In this document: positions 1 through 8,884 of the stretch, one piece after another
Numbering within the stretch: position 1 is the first letter of the stretch
Layout of the letters: each line of letters starts with the position of its first letter
Origin: a virus
Taxonomy: Duplodnaviria; Caudoviricetes
IMG/VR virus record: IMGVR_UViG_3300025120_000040
Span: 892-64,891 of that record
Length of the DNA: 64,000 bases
Direction: 5' to 3' (one strand)
The notes under the pieces: generated by a model
Databases searched by the model: none
The model's input: only the letters and a program-made list of their open reading frames with translations
Told to the model about the DNA's origin: nothing
Translations under genes and position numbers: made by a program

Positions 1-170
1 ACATGAAAGAAGAAGGCATAGAGCCCAAGAAGTTTGTGATGTTCACAGATGGTTGGCCTTTTGAAACATGGGGTGACGAACACTACTGTGACACTATATT
101 CTTAATCAACAATCCATACGAGAGGAACATAGAAGCACCTTTCGGACTAACGGTGCAGTACGATGACTAG
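1..170 (+). CDS. C-terminal fragment of a VWA-like domain protein (5' end outside window)
   Basis: Read manually in the frame starting at position 3: MKEEGIEPKKFVMFTDGWPFETWGDEHYCDTIFLINN...APFG, TAG at 168-170. FTDG motif is typical of VWA domains. Confidence 0.6.
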   Translation, partial: MKEEGIEPKKFVMFTDGWPFETWGDEHYCDTIFLINNPYERNIEAPFGLTVQYDD

Positions 171-282
171 TCTACTACAGATGTTATGGGAAACTTTCAA
201 GGACTGGTTCATGAATGAGGTGTCCATATCTATCATGTGCTTTGGATTGCTAACAATGGCACTGTGGAGTTATCTGACATGA
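163..282 (+). CDS. small hydrophobic (membrane) protein, 39 aa
   Basis: Read manually: MTSLLQMLWETFKDWFMNEVSISIMCFGLLTMALWSYLT. Overlaps the upstream stop and has an ATGA overlap with the next gene. Confidence 0.55.
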   Translation: MTSLLQMLWETFKDWFMNEVSISIMCFGLLTMALWSYLT

Positions 283-545
283 AGGTCAATCCCAACAACT
301 TCTTCAAAAGAGAATTAGAGATATTACCACCACACTTCGTAAACACAGTGGTAAAGGCACACGAGGCCGATATAGAAAAAATGCGTAAATGGATCTATGA
401 GAACTGCCACGGTAGATATTCAATTACCAAAGATGTAATTTACCAAGGTGATACTTCGAGATCCGTTACTGTACTTGGTTTTGAAAATCCGGGTGACCTA
501 ACCCTGTTCGCATTGAGTGGTAAAGCCCAAATAAATCAAAACTAA
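279..545 (+). CDS. hypothetical protein
   Basis: ORF track 237..545; ATG at 279 (MKVNPNNF) preferred because of the ATGA coupling. Confidence 0.7.
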   Translation: MKVNPNNFFKRELEILPPHFVNTVVKAHEADIEKMRKWIYENCHGRYSITKDVIYQGDTSRSVTVLGFENPGDLTLFALSGKAQINQN

Positions 546-548
546 CTG

Positions 549-577
549 TTGCACTCCATAACTAATTTTAGTATAAT
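549..577 (+). promoter_or_regulatory. sigma70-type promoter
   Basis: TTGCAC (549-554), 17-nt spacer, TATAAT (572-577); AGGAG RBS before ATG 619. Confidence 0.7.
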
Positions 578-618
578 ATACGTATATTAATACCAATTGC
601 AATTAGGAGAAATAACAA

Positions 619-948
619 ATGGCAACAAAAAAGAAAAACTTAAAAAAGTCTGCCAAGACTGCTAAGGCACCTACAGGAACAGCGACGGCTCAACCTCAGG
701 CGGCACCAGCAGGGCAACAGGCTCCACAACAGGATCCGACTGCTTTATCGATAGGCGACTTGAAGAATCTTTCTACTATACTTGATGTAGCATCTACAAG
801 AGGTGCATTCAAGGCCAATGAGATGGCAGGTGTAGGATTCTTATATAACAAACTACAGGCGTTCTTGGCCAAAGTGGCACCAGAACAAACACCTGAAGGA
901 ACAGCAGGAGCACCGGCAACGGCACCAGCGACTGCAGGAGGAAAATAA
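619..948 (+). CDS. hypothetical protein with Ala/Pro/Gln-rich termini
   Basis: 109-aa ORF with strong RBS; core LSIGDL...IIDVASxRGAF-like segment seen in T4-like phage hypotheticals. Confidence 0.8.
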   Translation: MATKKKNLKKSAKTAKAPTGTATAQPQAAPAGQQAPQQDPTALSIGDLKNLSTILDVASTRGAFKANEMAGVGFLYNKLQAFLAKVAPEQTPEGTAGAPATAPATAGGK

Positions 949-949
949 A

Positions 950-1498
950 ATGGCAACACTAATGAACGTTAACGACCAAGCCATGCCAATGGGTGCAGAC
1001 TCAGGAGCAGGTGAGGGAGCGACTGGTCCAAAGAGACACTTCAAACATATTGGAGAACTTGTAGACGGTGGAGCAAAGGTAGTAATCATGTACCGAACTG
1101 TACCTGGTGAGCCCAACAACTGTCTAGTAGTAGGAACAAAATTCTTACCGGACTTATATCACAACTCATTAATGAAGGCTGTGGAATCAGCAGGTGGACA
1201 AGACGCTGACGAGTTTGCGGATTTTGCCAGCAGACAAACATTCCCAGACGGAACTAATATGTTGGCCATGATGCACAACGACAACTTTATCAAGAAGTTC
1301 AAGACCAATGAGATCATGGTCACTTTTGGCAACACTGCCGATGGAAGAATACTTCTTAACAAGTTGAACGAGATGGTTGCGAAGGATAAAGGCATATCTG
1401 TGAAAGATATGGCCAAGGATCCAGAAGCACCGGAACCAGCACCAGTCAAGAAGACTACCAAGAAAGCGGATGCCAAAAAGACAACCGCCAAAGAATAG
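950..1498 (+). CDS. hypothetical protein
   Basis: 182-aa ORF with GGAGG RBS, coupled to the upstream gene; basic C-terminal tail. Confidence 0.8.
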   Translation: MATLMNVNDQAMPMGADSGAGEGATGPKRHFKHIGELVDGGAKVVIMYRTVPGEPNNCLVVGTKFLPDLYHNSLMKAVESAGGQDADEFADFASRQTFPDGTNMLAMMHNDNFIKKFKTNEIMVTFGNTADGRILLNKLNEMVAKDKGISVKDMAKDPEAPEPAPVKKTTKKADAKKTTAKE

Positions 1499-1814
1499 CA
1501 CTTGGGTACAGTTGACGAAGGATTTCGTCAAGGAATGGCCGGAGGTTCTAGAGGGATTACACTTCCAGAACATGCCGGTCAAGTACCTAATGTATATCAA
1601 TATCATACTAAAAAACAATCTCACTATACACTACGACATAGCCAAAGAGTTAAAAACGAAGAAGCAAGATACTATTGCTAGATTCTTAAAAAAAACGATA
1701 GAGCAAAACTATATGAAAATAAAAAGTGTGGATATGAAGTTTAACATACCTGCTTTGAAAAGAGATATGGAATCTCGGACTTCTTTGATTATGGCTAAAA
1801 CTTTTAAGAAATAG
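1470..1814 (+). CDS. hypothetical protein
   Basis: 114-aa ORF overlapping the upstream gene and converging on the enzyme cluster. Confidence 0.7.
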   Translation: MPKRQPPKNSTWVQLTKDFVKEWPEVLEGLHFQNMPVKYLMYINIILKNNLTIHYDIAKELKTKKQDTIARFLKKTIEQNYMKIKSVDMKFNIPALKRDMESRTSLIMAKTFKK

Positions 1815-3102
1815 AATTGAACTTTTCTTTCAACCATTCTAATTCATAAGACAGCATTAAGGCTTCTTTATCACCATTCACTTCTTTGTAGTATTCTACG
1901 GCATCGAGAGCACCTCTTTGTACCAGCAGTGCATATCGACCTTTACCAAGTTCACACCATTTCTTCAGTCTAAATTGAGATTGGACGGTTGGTTTCATCT
2001 CACACAATTTGAGTACTTCTCTAAATGCTACACGCCAACTTATCTCAGGTGACTGATTGAAATGACTTGTTCCACACAACTGAGGTACTACTGTGTGTGG
2101 TTGCGATAGTGTGAAATCTAAATTAGGATGTATTGTGGACAAGCAAAGACGTTTGTTGTACAATATCACCGCCCTGTGTCCGTACTCTAAACCGGTCACT
2201 GGATTTTTAGCATGGAAAATATAATGACAGGCTTCTCGCAGTCTATCAGGTTGAAAAGTGAAGTCAAACTTATCATCTAATTCTATTGTGGGGAATACTG
2301 CAAAGAAATAATCTGTATCACTCATAGCGGCCGCAGTGTGGTACGCCTGTGTCCTTCCTTTGACTCCTTGTATTCTTTTGGCCCTAGGATATTTCTCTTT
2401 TAACACTTGCCAATACTTTTCAGCACTTGGTTCATCGTAAGACAGGAACACTATGTCCATGAGTTTTGTTTCGTAATCATAGTCAAAATGTACATGCCTA
2501 TCAAAATCATATAACTGTTTGATGCTTCTACCACTCGGTACTAGTATGATATCTTTTGTTTTACCCCAAGTATACATCTTCTCGTCTTCCCAGAAACTAG
2601 GATAAAAATTAGGTTTGTCCACATCACAGTGTCGATTGGTCATCCATGTGTAAAATTCAGTGCCCGTGTTGTACGCATTCACTGGATCGGAAAGTTTGAA
2701 CGTGGTGGTAGACAGAGGGCGTTGGAACAAAGTTGGATGAGCATGGAAGTTGATATCTTTGAAATCACGCAGGAACTTGAGGCCATGCATCTGTTTTTTG
2801 AATTCCTTTGTTGGGATCAACATCACATTGCCTTCTTGATTTAGTCCTCCCATGGGGTGCGTGGTGTACCAAACGTGAAGTTGATCACGCTCGTGCTGTT
2901 CAGGTATGTAATCTACATCAATTGTTTTTAAATCAACAAAGTTGGCAAAGAACCAGAAGTACTCTGTTTCAATATCATCCACAACTGCTTTTAGAATATC
3001 AAGGTAACTGCCAACAAATGGTACGACCCTGGTGTTCACCAGCGGTGACTCCATGTGCTTCACATGTTGGAATCTAACCTGTATACTGTCGAATCCAGTC
3101 AT
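1804..3102 (-). CDS. glycosyltransferase-like protein (two GT-A-like halves)
   Basis: C-terminal half (MDIVFLSYDEP...AKRIQGVKG...AAA.SDTDYFF) is clearly paralogous to 14109..15005. Confidence 0.6.
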   Translation of the reverse strand: MTGFDSIQVRFQHVKHMESPLVNTRVVPFVGSYLDILKAVVDDIETEYFWFFANFVDLKTIDVDYIPEQHERDQLHVWYTTHPMGGLNQEGNVMLIPTKEFKKQMHGLKFLRDFKDINFHAHPTLFQRPLSTTTFKLSDPVNAYNTGTEFYTWMTNRHCDVDKPNFYPSFWEDEKMYTWGKTKDIILVPSGRSIKQLYDFDRHVHFDYDYETKLMDIVFLSYDEPSAEKYWQVLKEKYPRAKRIQGVKGRTQAYHTAAAMSDTDYFFAVFPTIELDDKFDFTFQPDRLREACHYIFHAKNPVTGLEYGHRAVILYNKRLCLSTIHPNLDFTLSQPHTVVPQLCGTSHFNQSPEISWRVAFREVLKLCEMKPTVQSQFRLKKWCELGKGRYALLVQRGALDAVEYYKEVNGDKEALMLSYELEWLKEKFNSIS

Positions 3103-4027
3103 AGTAATTTTCCAATCCTTGCCTCAGCGAGAACTCTGGTTCATACTCTAAGAGATCCCGTGCCCTACTGATGTCCAGTGTTCCTCTCATTGGATACAAT
3201 TTGTGCATTCCTATGTCCACTATATCAGAATCACTTCCTGTGATATCTACTATTGTCTCGGCCAGCGTCCTTAGGCTGGTTGCGTTACCCGCCGTGATGT
3301 TGAAACTGGTATTGGCAACTTCTGAACTTGCGGCCTTTATGATACCATATGCGGCATCCTGCCTGTAAGTGAAGTCAACTTTGTTCTCACCATTGTGCAA
3401 TTCTATTGTTTGATTGTTCATTGCCTTCGCAAAAAACTTAGATACCACCCTGTCTGGAAGATCTCCAGGTCCGTACACCCCACTGGGTCTTACTATTGTG
3501 TAATTCAGTCCATCTCTTTTGGCGAAAAGTTTTGTTAACCTCTCACCTGTAAGTTTTGCCTCGCCATATATGTTCTGCGGCTTCGTGCTTGAATCTTCCT
3601 TTGTTCCGTCTACGAAATCACCGTACACCATGCTACTGCTGATGTATACAAATTTCTTTGTGTCAAATTCAGCGGCATGCCACAGTAGGTTGGTCGTTGT
3701 TCCGATCACCTTTGGTATACCTTCGATCGGATCTTGATCTACAATCTTGGCCCTGGGATATGTGGCCAAGTGTATCACGATATCGGGACGTGTAGAAAAT
3801 GCTTTCAGGCATACCAGTCTATCGAGTACGTCGCCTTTGATCACATTGACGTTGTTTTGTGACCAGTTGCGTGTTCTCCATGCGATAAGTTTGTTCAACT
3901 CTACCTTTGTCAGTATGTCATAGGTGTCCTCATTGTCTACACATGTGATCCTGTGTCCATCATTGGAAAGTTTTTCAATTATTTTGGATCCTATGAATCC
4001 AAGTCCGCCTGTTATTAGATATTTCAT
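3074..4027 (-). CDS. NAD-dependent NDP-sugar epimerase/dehydratase (extended SDR)
   Basis: TGGLGFIG Rossmann motif, SSSMVYG, YGEAK (YxxxK), VYGPG. Confidence 0.92.
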   Translation of the reverse strand: MKYLITGGLGFIGSKIIEKLSNDGHRITCVDNEDTYDILTKVELNKLIAWRTRNWSQNNVNVIKGDVLDRLVCLKAFSTRPDIVIHLATYPRAKIVDQDPIEGIPKVIGTTTNLLWHAAEFDTKKFVYISSSMVYGDFVDGTKEDSSTKPQNIYGEAKLTGERLTKLFAKRDGLNYTIVRPSGVYGPGDLPDRVVSKFFAKAMNNQTIELHNGENKVDFTYRQDAAYGIIKAASSEVANTSFNITAGNATSLRTLAETIVDITGSDSDIVDIGMHKLYPMRGTLDISRARDLLEYEPEFSLRQGLENYYDWIRQYTG

Positions 4028-5496
4028 CCTAGAACTTTTACCCCGTATTTGTTGGTAAACGCTTTACCGTCTTCTCTATCGTTTACGATCGGTTGTCCTT
4101 TTATGTTCAGACTGGTGTTCAAAAGTATCGGGCAACCCGTCTGTTTTTTCCATTCCGTTAACAAAGCATGAAACCCTGGATTATCCGTCTTACGCACCGT
4201 TTGAACCCTAGAAGTGTGATCATGATGTATTATGGCAGGGAAGTCTTTACCAGCAGTACACGCCGCTGTAAATTGCATATAAGGGGTGTTTTGAACTGCT
4301 TTAGGCAGGGTGAAATACTCGTGTACATCCTCTTCCAATATGGCCGGAGCGAACGGTCTGAACTTCTGTCTTTTCTTTATTGAGTTTACCAAATCCTTGA
4401 TGTCCTCACCCCTGGGGTCTGCCAACAGTGATCTATTACCAAGTGCCCTAGGGCCAAACTCCGCCCTGCCACTTGCCACTCCCACCATCTTGTTTTCCTT
4501 CAATTCTTTTATCAGACTGTCCACAGGGTATTCACCATCTATGTTGTGTCCAAGGAATGGGTGTTCCCACTTGAGGTGTCTCTTGTGGTGTGCGGCTATG
4601 CAACCCAGGCTAGATCCCGAATCTCCAGGGTTGGGTATTATCCATATGTTGTCAAACAATCCTAGATTCGCAAGTGTTCTGTTTGCGGCACAGTTCAACG
4701 CTACTCCGCCAGCGTATACTAGATTCTTACTGCCATACTTGGATGCCCTCAGGAAGAGGTCTGCAAGTATTTCCTCCGTGACTGCCTGTATGCTCGCGGC
4801 AATGTCCATAACATCTGCTTCTGGATGCCAGTCTTTCAATCCTCTGTGTAAATTCTTCTTAAGTTTGAACGGTGACTGATAAACGAAGTCATCGTATATC
4901 TGTTGTTTGTACTTTGGTGTGCCATATGCGGCCATGCCCATCAGGATGTATTCCTCTTCTGCAGGTTTCAGTCCACAACGGTGTGTGAATGCAGAATATA
5001 ATATGCCCACCGAGTGTGGATAGTTGATTGTTTCTTTCCTCTCGATCCAAATTTTATCAGCAGTGGATATGCTGACTGTCTCCCATTCGCCTATCGCATC
5101 AACTGTTAGAATAGTTGCACCTTCGTCTTTGAACGGCGACGTGAAATATCCTGCCGCGGCGTGTGAGTCATGATGTTTAACATACTCGTCGATTTTGATG
5201 TTGAACATATCCAAATGCCACTGTGGCATCTCTGTATAACTTAATGCTGTCCCCCACTGTCCTGCATACAGTTGTCTCGTTTTCTTTAACAGAGGCTTCT
5301 CATAGTAAACGACTTTGTCGAATGGTCCGAATGTGTTTGCTTCATTTACTATTGCCCAATTTAAGTAATGATCATTTTTAACTTTTGAATAACGTTCCGA
5401 GTGTGCGGCCCATAATATCTCACCTATGCCTGAACTGTAATCAACAACACTCATAGAAGCATCATGATTCATACAGTTTATTCCTAATATTTTCAT
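4024..5496 (-). CDS. carbamoyltransferase, NodU/CmcH family
   Basis: ILGIN..HDAS, ERYSKVKND, HHDSHAAAGYF, GGVALNC, EFGPRALGNRSLLADP, FRPFAP, LLNTSLNIKGQPIV. Confidence 0.95.
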   Translation of the reverse strand: MKILGINCMNHDASMSVVDYSSGIGEILWAAHSERYSKVKNDHYLNWAIVNEANTFGPFDKVVYYEKPLLKKTRQLYAGQWGTALSYTEMPQWHLDMFNIKIDEYVKHHDSHAAAGYFTSPFKDEGATILTVDAIGEWETVSISTADKIWIERKETINYPHSVGILYSAFTHRCGLKPAEEEYILMGMAAYGTPKYKQQIYDDFVYQSPFKLKKNLHRGLKDWHPEADVMDIAASIQAVTEEILADLFLRASKYGSKNLVYAGGVALNCAANRTLANLGLFDNIWIIPNPGDSGSSLGCIAAHHKRHLKWEHPFLGHNIDGEYPVDSLIKELKENKMVGVASGRAEFGPRALGNRSLLADPRGEDIKDLVNSIKKRQKFRPFAPAILEEDVHEYFTLPKAVQNTPYMQFTAACTAGKDFPAIIHHDHTSRVQTVRKTDNPGFHALLTEWKKQTGCPILLNTSLNIKGQPIVNDREDGKAFTNKYGVKVLG

Positions 5497-5930
5497 TTAC
5501 TATGTGGTCCTATGTTGCCGTGCTTTTCTAATATATCCTGCTTGATCAAGAACGCCCACATTGTTGCTTCCATGTGTCCCACTTTGAAATCGTAGTGTGT
5601 TGGTTCTACAAACATTTTGTTTGTGTCCTCGAATCTACCTTCTTTGATCGTGTCCATCCATACTGTGTAATCTGCATCAAATTCTGTTCTTGTTTGATCT
5701 GTCGGACAAATAAAATCTGCTATCACGACTCTATTTTTATCAATGGCTTCCTCCGCAAATGACCACATCCTCAACGACTGCCTCTTTCTACCTTCGGGTG
5801 AAAAGTCCCAATCGTCTGCTTCCTTCCTAACTTCATCTGCATTCAACCATACAGCATTGAACATAGGCACCAGTAATTTTGCCAAAGTTGTCTTACCTGA
5901 TCCAGGCAAACCCATTATCAGTATCTTCAT
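5493..5930 (-). CDS. cysC: adenylylsulfate (APS) kinase-like protein, short phage form
   Basis: Walker A GLPGSGKTT, WLNADEVR, DWDFSxEGR, DFICP; only 145 aa. Confidence 0.75.
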   Translation of the reverse strand: MKILIMGLPGSGKTTLAKLLVPMFNAVWLNADEVRKEADDWDFSPEGRKRQSLRMWSFAEEAIDKNRVVIADFICPTDQTRTEFDADYTVWMDTIKEGRFEDTNKMFVEPTHYDFKVGHMEATMWAFLIKQDILEKHGNIGPHSK

Positions 5931-6262
5931 CTACCTATCTCCCATCCTATTACCACACCGTAATTCTCTTTGCCGTTGTGCTTTTCGTATGCTGGGGAAA
6001 TAAACAATCCTCCTGCTTTGTATCTGATCATTGGAAGTATGTCATTTGATTTGTAACCTGTCACAAGTCCTAATTCAATGTTCCAAAACTCATCTAATTC
6101 AAACTCCTTGCCAACATATGCACTAATCCTGTCCTCAGAATTGTAATACACCCCTGCAATCGAATTATCCACTGTGCATCTTGCGTGTGGGTGTATGTTG
6201 TTGTAGTCCGCTTCTAGGCCCACATGCATGGACAGTGCCAAAAATAATCCTAAACAATTCAT
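5927..6262 (-). CDS. hypothetical protein, possible small beta-barrel membrane protein
   Basis: Start taken at 6262 (MNCLGLFLAL, ATGA overlap); alternating hydrophobic strands ending YGVVIGWEI. Confidence 0.6.
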   Translation of the reverse strand: MNCLGLFLALSMHVGLEADYNNIHPHARCTVDNSIAGVYYNSEDRISAYVGKEFELDEFWNIELGLVTGYKSNDILPMIRYKAGGLFISPAYEKHNGKENYGVVIGWEIGR

Positions 6263-6816
6263 CTTATGCTGAACCATCCCTTCGCCCTGTCTCTGAACTT
6301 CTCCCATTCACTCAACTCTATATCATATTCAAAATTTTGTGTGGTTAAATTAACCTGCACTTCCTTGGCTCCGTTCTTTAGATGGAACTTTCTTGCCATG
6401 TCTGTGAGCGGACTCAGTGTTACTAGCCTGTTGAGATGATTGCTTTCTTTGATCATCTTGTACACTTCGTTGACCATGTGCTTACCGCCGCCTTTCTTCT
6501 TGGCCCACACCGTGTAGGCTATTGCCACGCTACCCTGTACGCCTGCCCTGTGTACTGCCTGCATGGCGGCATCTTTGCTTAACTTGTCCATATCCTCAAC
6601 ACTCTCCGGTATACCGTGTGTGAATGCGAAACACATAACGGCCGCTATATCGCCCTCTTCGTCCTTGATTCCGTATATCTTCCTGCCGTACGCCTGCCTG
6701 AATTCCAGACTCAGTTCCGGCCTCACAGGATCTTCCGTCACATCTATGAACGGCAGTTCCATCAGTTCGAACTTAGGTTTCTTTTCCAGAACCTGTTTAA
6801 TTTTTGCCAGTACCAT
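6259..6816 (-). CDS. GNAT-fold protein resembling the malonyl-CoA decarboxylase catalytic domain
   Basis: AIAYTVW..KKGGGK, LVTLSP and FHLKNGA motifs. Confidence 0.55.
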   Translation of the reverse strand: MVLAKIKQVLEKKPKFELMELPFIDVTEDPVRPELSLEFRQAYGRKIYGIKDEEGDIAAVMCFAFTHGIPESVEDMDKLSKDAAMQAVHRAGVQGSVAIAYTVWAKKKGGGKHMVNEVYKMIKESNHLNRLVTLSPLTDMARKFHLKNGAKEVQVNLTTQNFEYDIELSEWEKFRDRAKGWFSIR

Positions 6817-6817
6817 T

Positions 6818-6922
6818 TTATTTGTATATGAATGGGTCTTTCTTCTTTAATTCTTTTAATCTTTTCCTGTAAGCTCTTTCCTGTTTGAACTTCAGCCAAA
6901 GATTTTTTATCCATGTGAACAT
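6818..6922 (-). CDS. small basic hypothetical protein, 34 aa
   Basis: Read manually: MFTWIKNLWLKFKQERAYRKRLKELKKKDPFIYK. GGAGG RBS; fills the gap exactly. Confidence 0.7.
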   Translation of the reverse strand: MFTWIKNLWLKFKQERAYRKRLKELKKKDPFIYK

Positions 6923-7713
6923 TATTTTCCTCCTGTTAATTTATTAAACATTGGTAACATTAATTTTACAGCATCTCGGTGTGCTTCGTCAAGTGGATGT
7001 GTAGTGGCTCTGGGATAATCTTCCATCAATGTCCATTGATTGAAACCCATCATCCTTGGTCCAAAACTAAACCATTTGGTAAAATCTATTTCATCGTGTA
7101 GTGCCTTCATGAAATTATCCTGGTCTTTGTGCTGTTCAAACTCCTTGTAAAACAGGCTGTTGTCTGCTAGTGTGAACAAGAATGGTATTTGCTTCTTCTC
7201 AAGTATGTTCTGTAACCAGATAATGCTCTTCCAACTGAGATAGGTCTCATGATATTGGTTTGCACCGTGCTTGTATATGGCTTCTGCGAACGGTTGCACT
7301 CCGGTCTCAACCATTGAGTCTGCTCTACGTTTCCATTGTTCCAATTGTACTTCTGATCCTGCAAGTGCTTGATGTCTTTCATCACTTGCCATTTTTGTAT
7401 CCCATGGCGATATTGTTGTCCAACGTGTCTTTTCTAAGTCCTTGTGCCTGGACATGGCCCAGTCATACCTGGAGAGGAAACTCCACATCACTATCACACA
7501 CCCTATATCATCATTGTTGTGGACTGCATCAAATACACGCCTGGCTATCCCCGAGTTGCCACTGCCTGGGTGTGCCGTACATACATATTCATGATCTGTT
7601 GGCTTTAGCCTGTATGCCCATGATTTTTTGCTTGGCACTTTGCCATTTTGGTCGTCACTCAACTCATGACCAAAAGTGAAACTACAACCACCTGCTATTA
7701 ATTTTTTACTCAT
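6922..7713 (-). CDS. SGNH/GDSL-like hydrolase/acyltransferase-fold protein
   Basis: GGCSFTFG block I, PGSGN block II, C-terminal THP...AH. Confidence 0.6.
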   Translation of the reverse strand: MSKKLIAGGCSFTFGHELSDDQNGKVPSKKSWAYRLKPTDHEYVCTAHPGSGNSGIARRVFDAVHNNDDIGCVIVMWSFLSRYDWAMSRHKDLEKTRWTTISPWDTKMASDERHQALAGSEVQLEQWKRRADSMVETGVQPFAEAIYKHGANQYHETYLSWKSIIWLQNILEKKQIPFLFTLADNSLFYKEFEQHKDQDNFMKALHDEIDFTKWFSFGPRMMGFNQWTLMEDYPRATTHPLDEAHRDAVKLMLPMFNKLTGGK

Positions 7714-8884
7714 ATATCTGTAATACTTTATTTAAAAGTGGAAACATATCACCAAAATTTTCTTTCCTATACTGATCTGTTTGCAATATTCTTCTTTTTC
7801 TTTCTGCACGTATCTCCGGAGAGTCTCTGTCAGCGGCGTTCATGAATCTTATGCTTGGTTGGTAGTCTGTGAGCATGTTATACCTGTCTGTGACTATGTC
7901 CTTTACCTGCCGTGGTAATGTCTGTATGTTGAACACATCAGGATCAAAGCAAGTGTTCACATAAAAGAACTTAGGTTGGAACTGTGCCACCCACAATGCC
8001 ATCTTGGCCCAATTGAACACATTGAATATATTCACTGTTGAACATATTTGAAAGTCCATGTTAGGTGTTTTCATTTCTTTAAACTTAACAAGATTCTGGT
8101 TCACTTCTCTCCACTTTGCAGGATGTCTTTGATACTCGAAAGGTTCTCCCACGTCATCAATGCTGAACGCTACTTCCACGTGCTTGAAACAACTCCATAG
8201 GTCGAATATTTCCTGTGGTGGTAACTGTGTGCCGTTGGTGTTGTAGTGTATGTCTATGTTCTTGGCATATCCCTTCTCGACACAGTGCATCAGTATTTTA
8301 AAGTGGTCCTTGATCATGAACGGTTCGCCGCCTGTGAATTCAAAGTACTCCACATATTTTAGATCCTCCTGCAACTCCTCAAAAAATTGTGGGTTACGTT
8401 TTGGCCACCCGCCTTCTTTCAATTGTTTTCTAGCAACAAGATTATCTCCTCCCTTGGCCGTTTCATAATCTATTTCTTCCTGAGCCCATTTTGATGAACT
8501 CCATGATCCGCATATCCTACATTTTAAATTACACACGTTGCCCAACTTAAAGTCAATAAACTTGAGGGATGGCTCGCTATTAGGTGTCCAGTTTTCTAAA
8601 CTGCTACGCATTTTGTAGATCGAGTTTTGTCTTTTGGATGTTTTGCCAGCGTCTTCCTCCTGCCAACAGCTCTGACAACCTTTAGGACGTTCACCGTTTC
8701 TAAATTTTGTTCTAAGATTGTCCATGTATTCCGTATCTTGTATAGACTTAAGACTTTGTTCGTACACTTTGACACCAGGAATACTGCCCTTGTACAAACA
8801 GCAAGGAGACGCACCACCATTTACATCAACTTCTAAATGATTCCACGGTAATGGGCATATGTTTGAATCTATATACTTGTCCAC
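7706..8884 (-). CDS. radical SAM protein with N-terminal twitch domain
   Basis: CPLPW..PCC..CQSC, CNLKCRIC, GGEPF, YNTNG. Confidence 0.92.
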   Translation of the reverse strand: MDKYIDSNICPLPWNHLEVDVNGGASPCCLYKGSIPGVKVYEQSLKSIQDTEYMDNLRTKFRNGERPKGCQSCWQEEDAGKTSKRQNSIYKMRSSLENWTPNSEPSLKFIDFKLGNVCNLKCRICGSWSSSKWAQEEIDYETAKGGDNLVARKQLKEGGWPKRNPQFFEELQEDLKYVEYFEFTGGEPFMIKDHFKILMHCVEKGYAKNIDIHYNTNGTQLPPQEIFDLWSCFKHVEVAFSIDDVGEPFEYQRHPAKWREVNQNLVKFKEMKTPNMDFQICSTVNIFNVFNWAKMALWVAQFQPKFFYVNTCFDPDVFNIQTLPRQVKDIVTDRYNMLTDYQPSIRFMNAADRDSPEIRAERKRRILQTDQYRKENFGDMFPLLNKVLQIYE

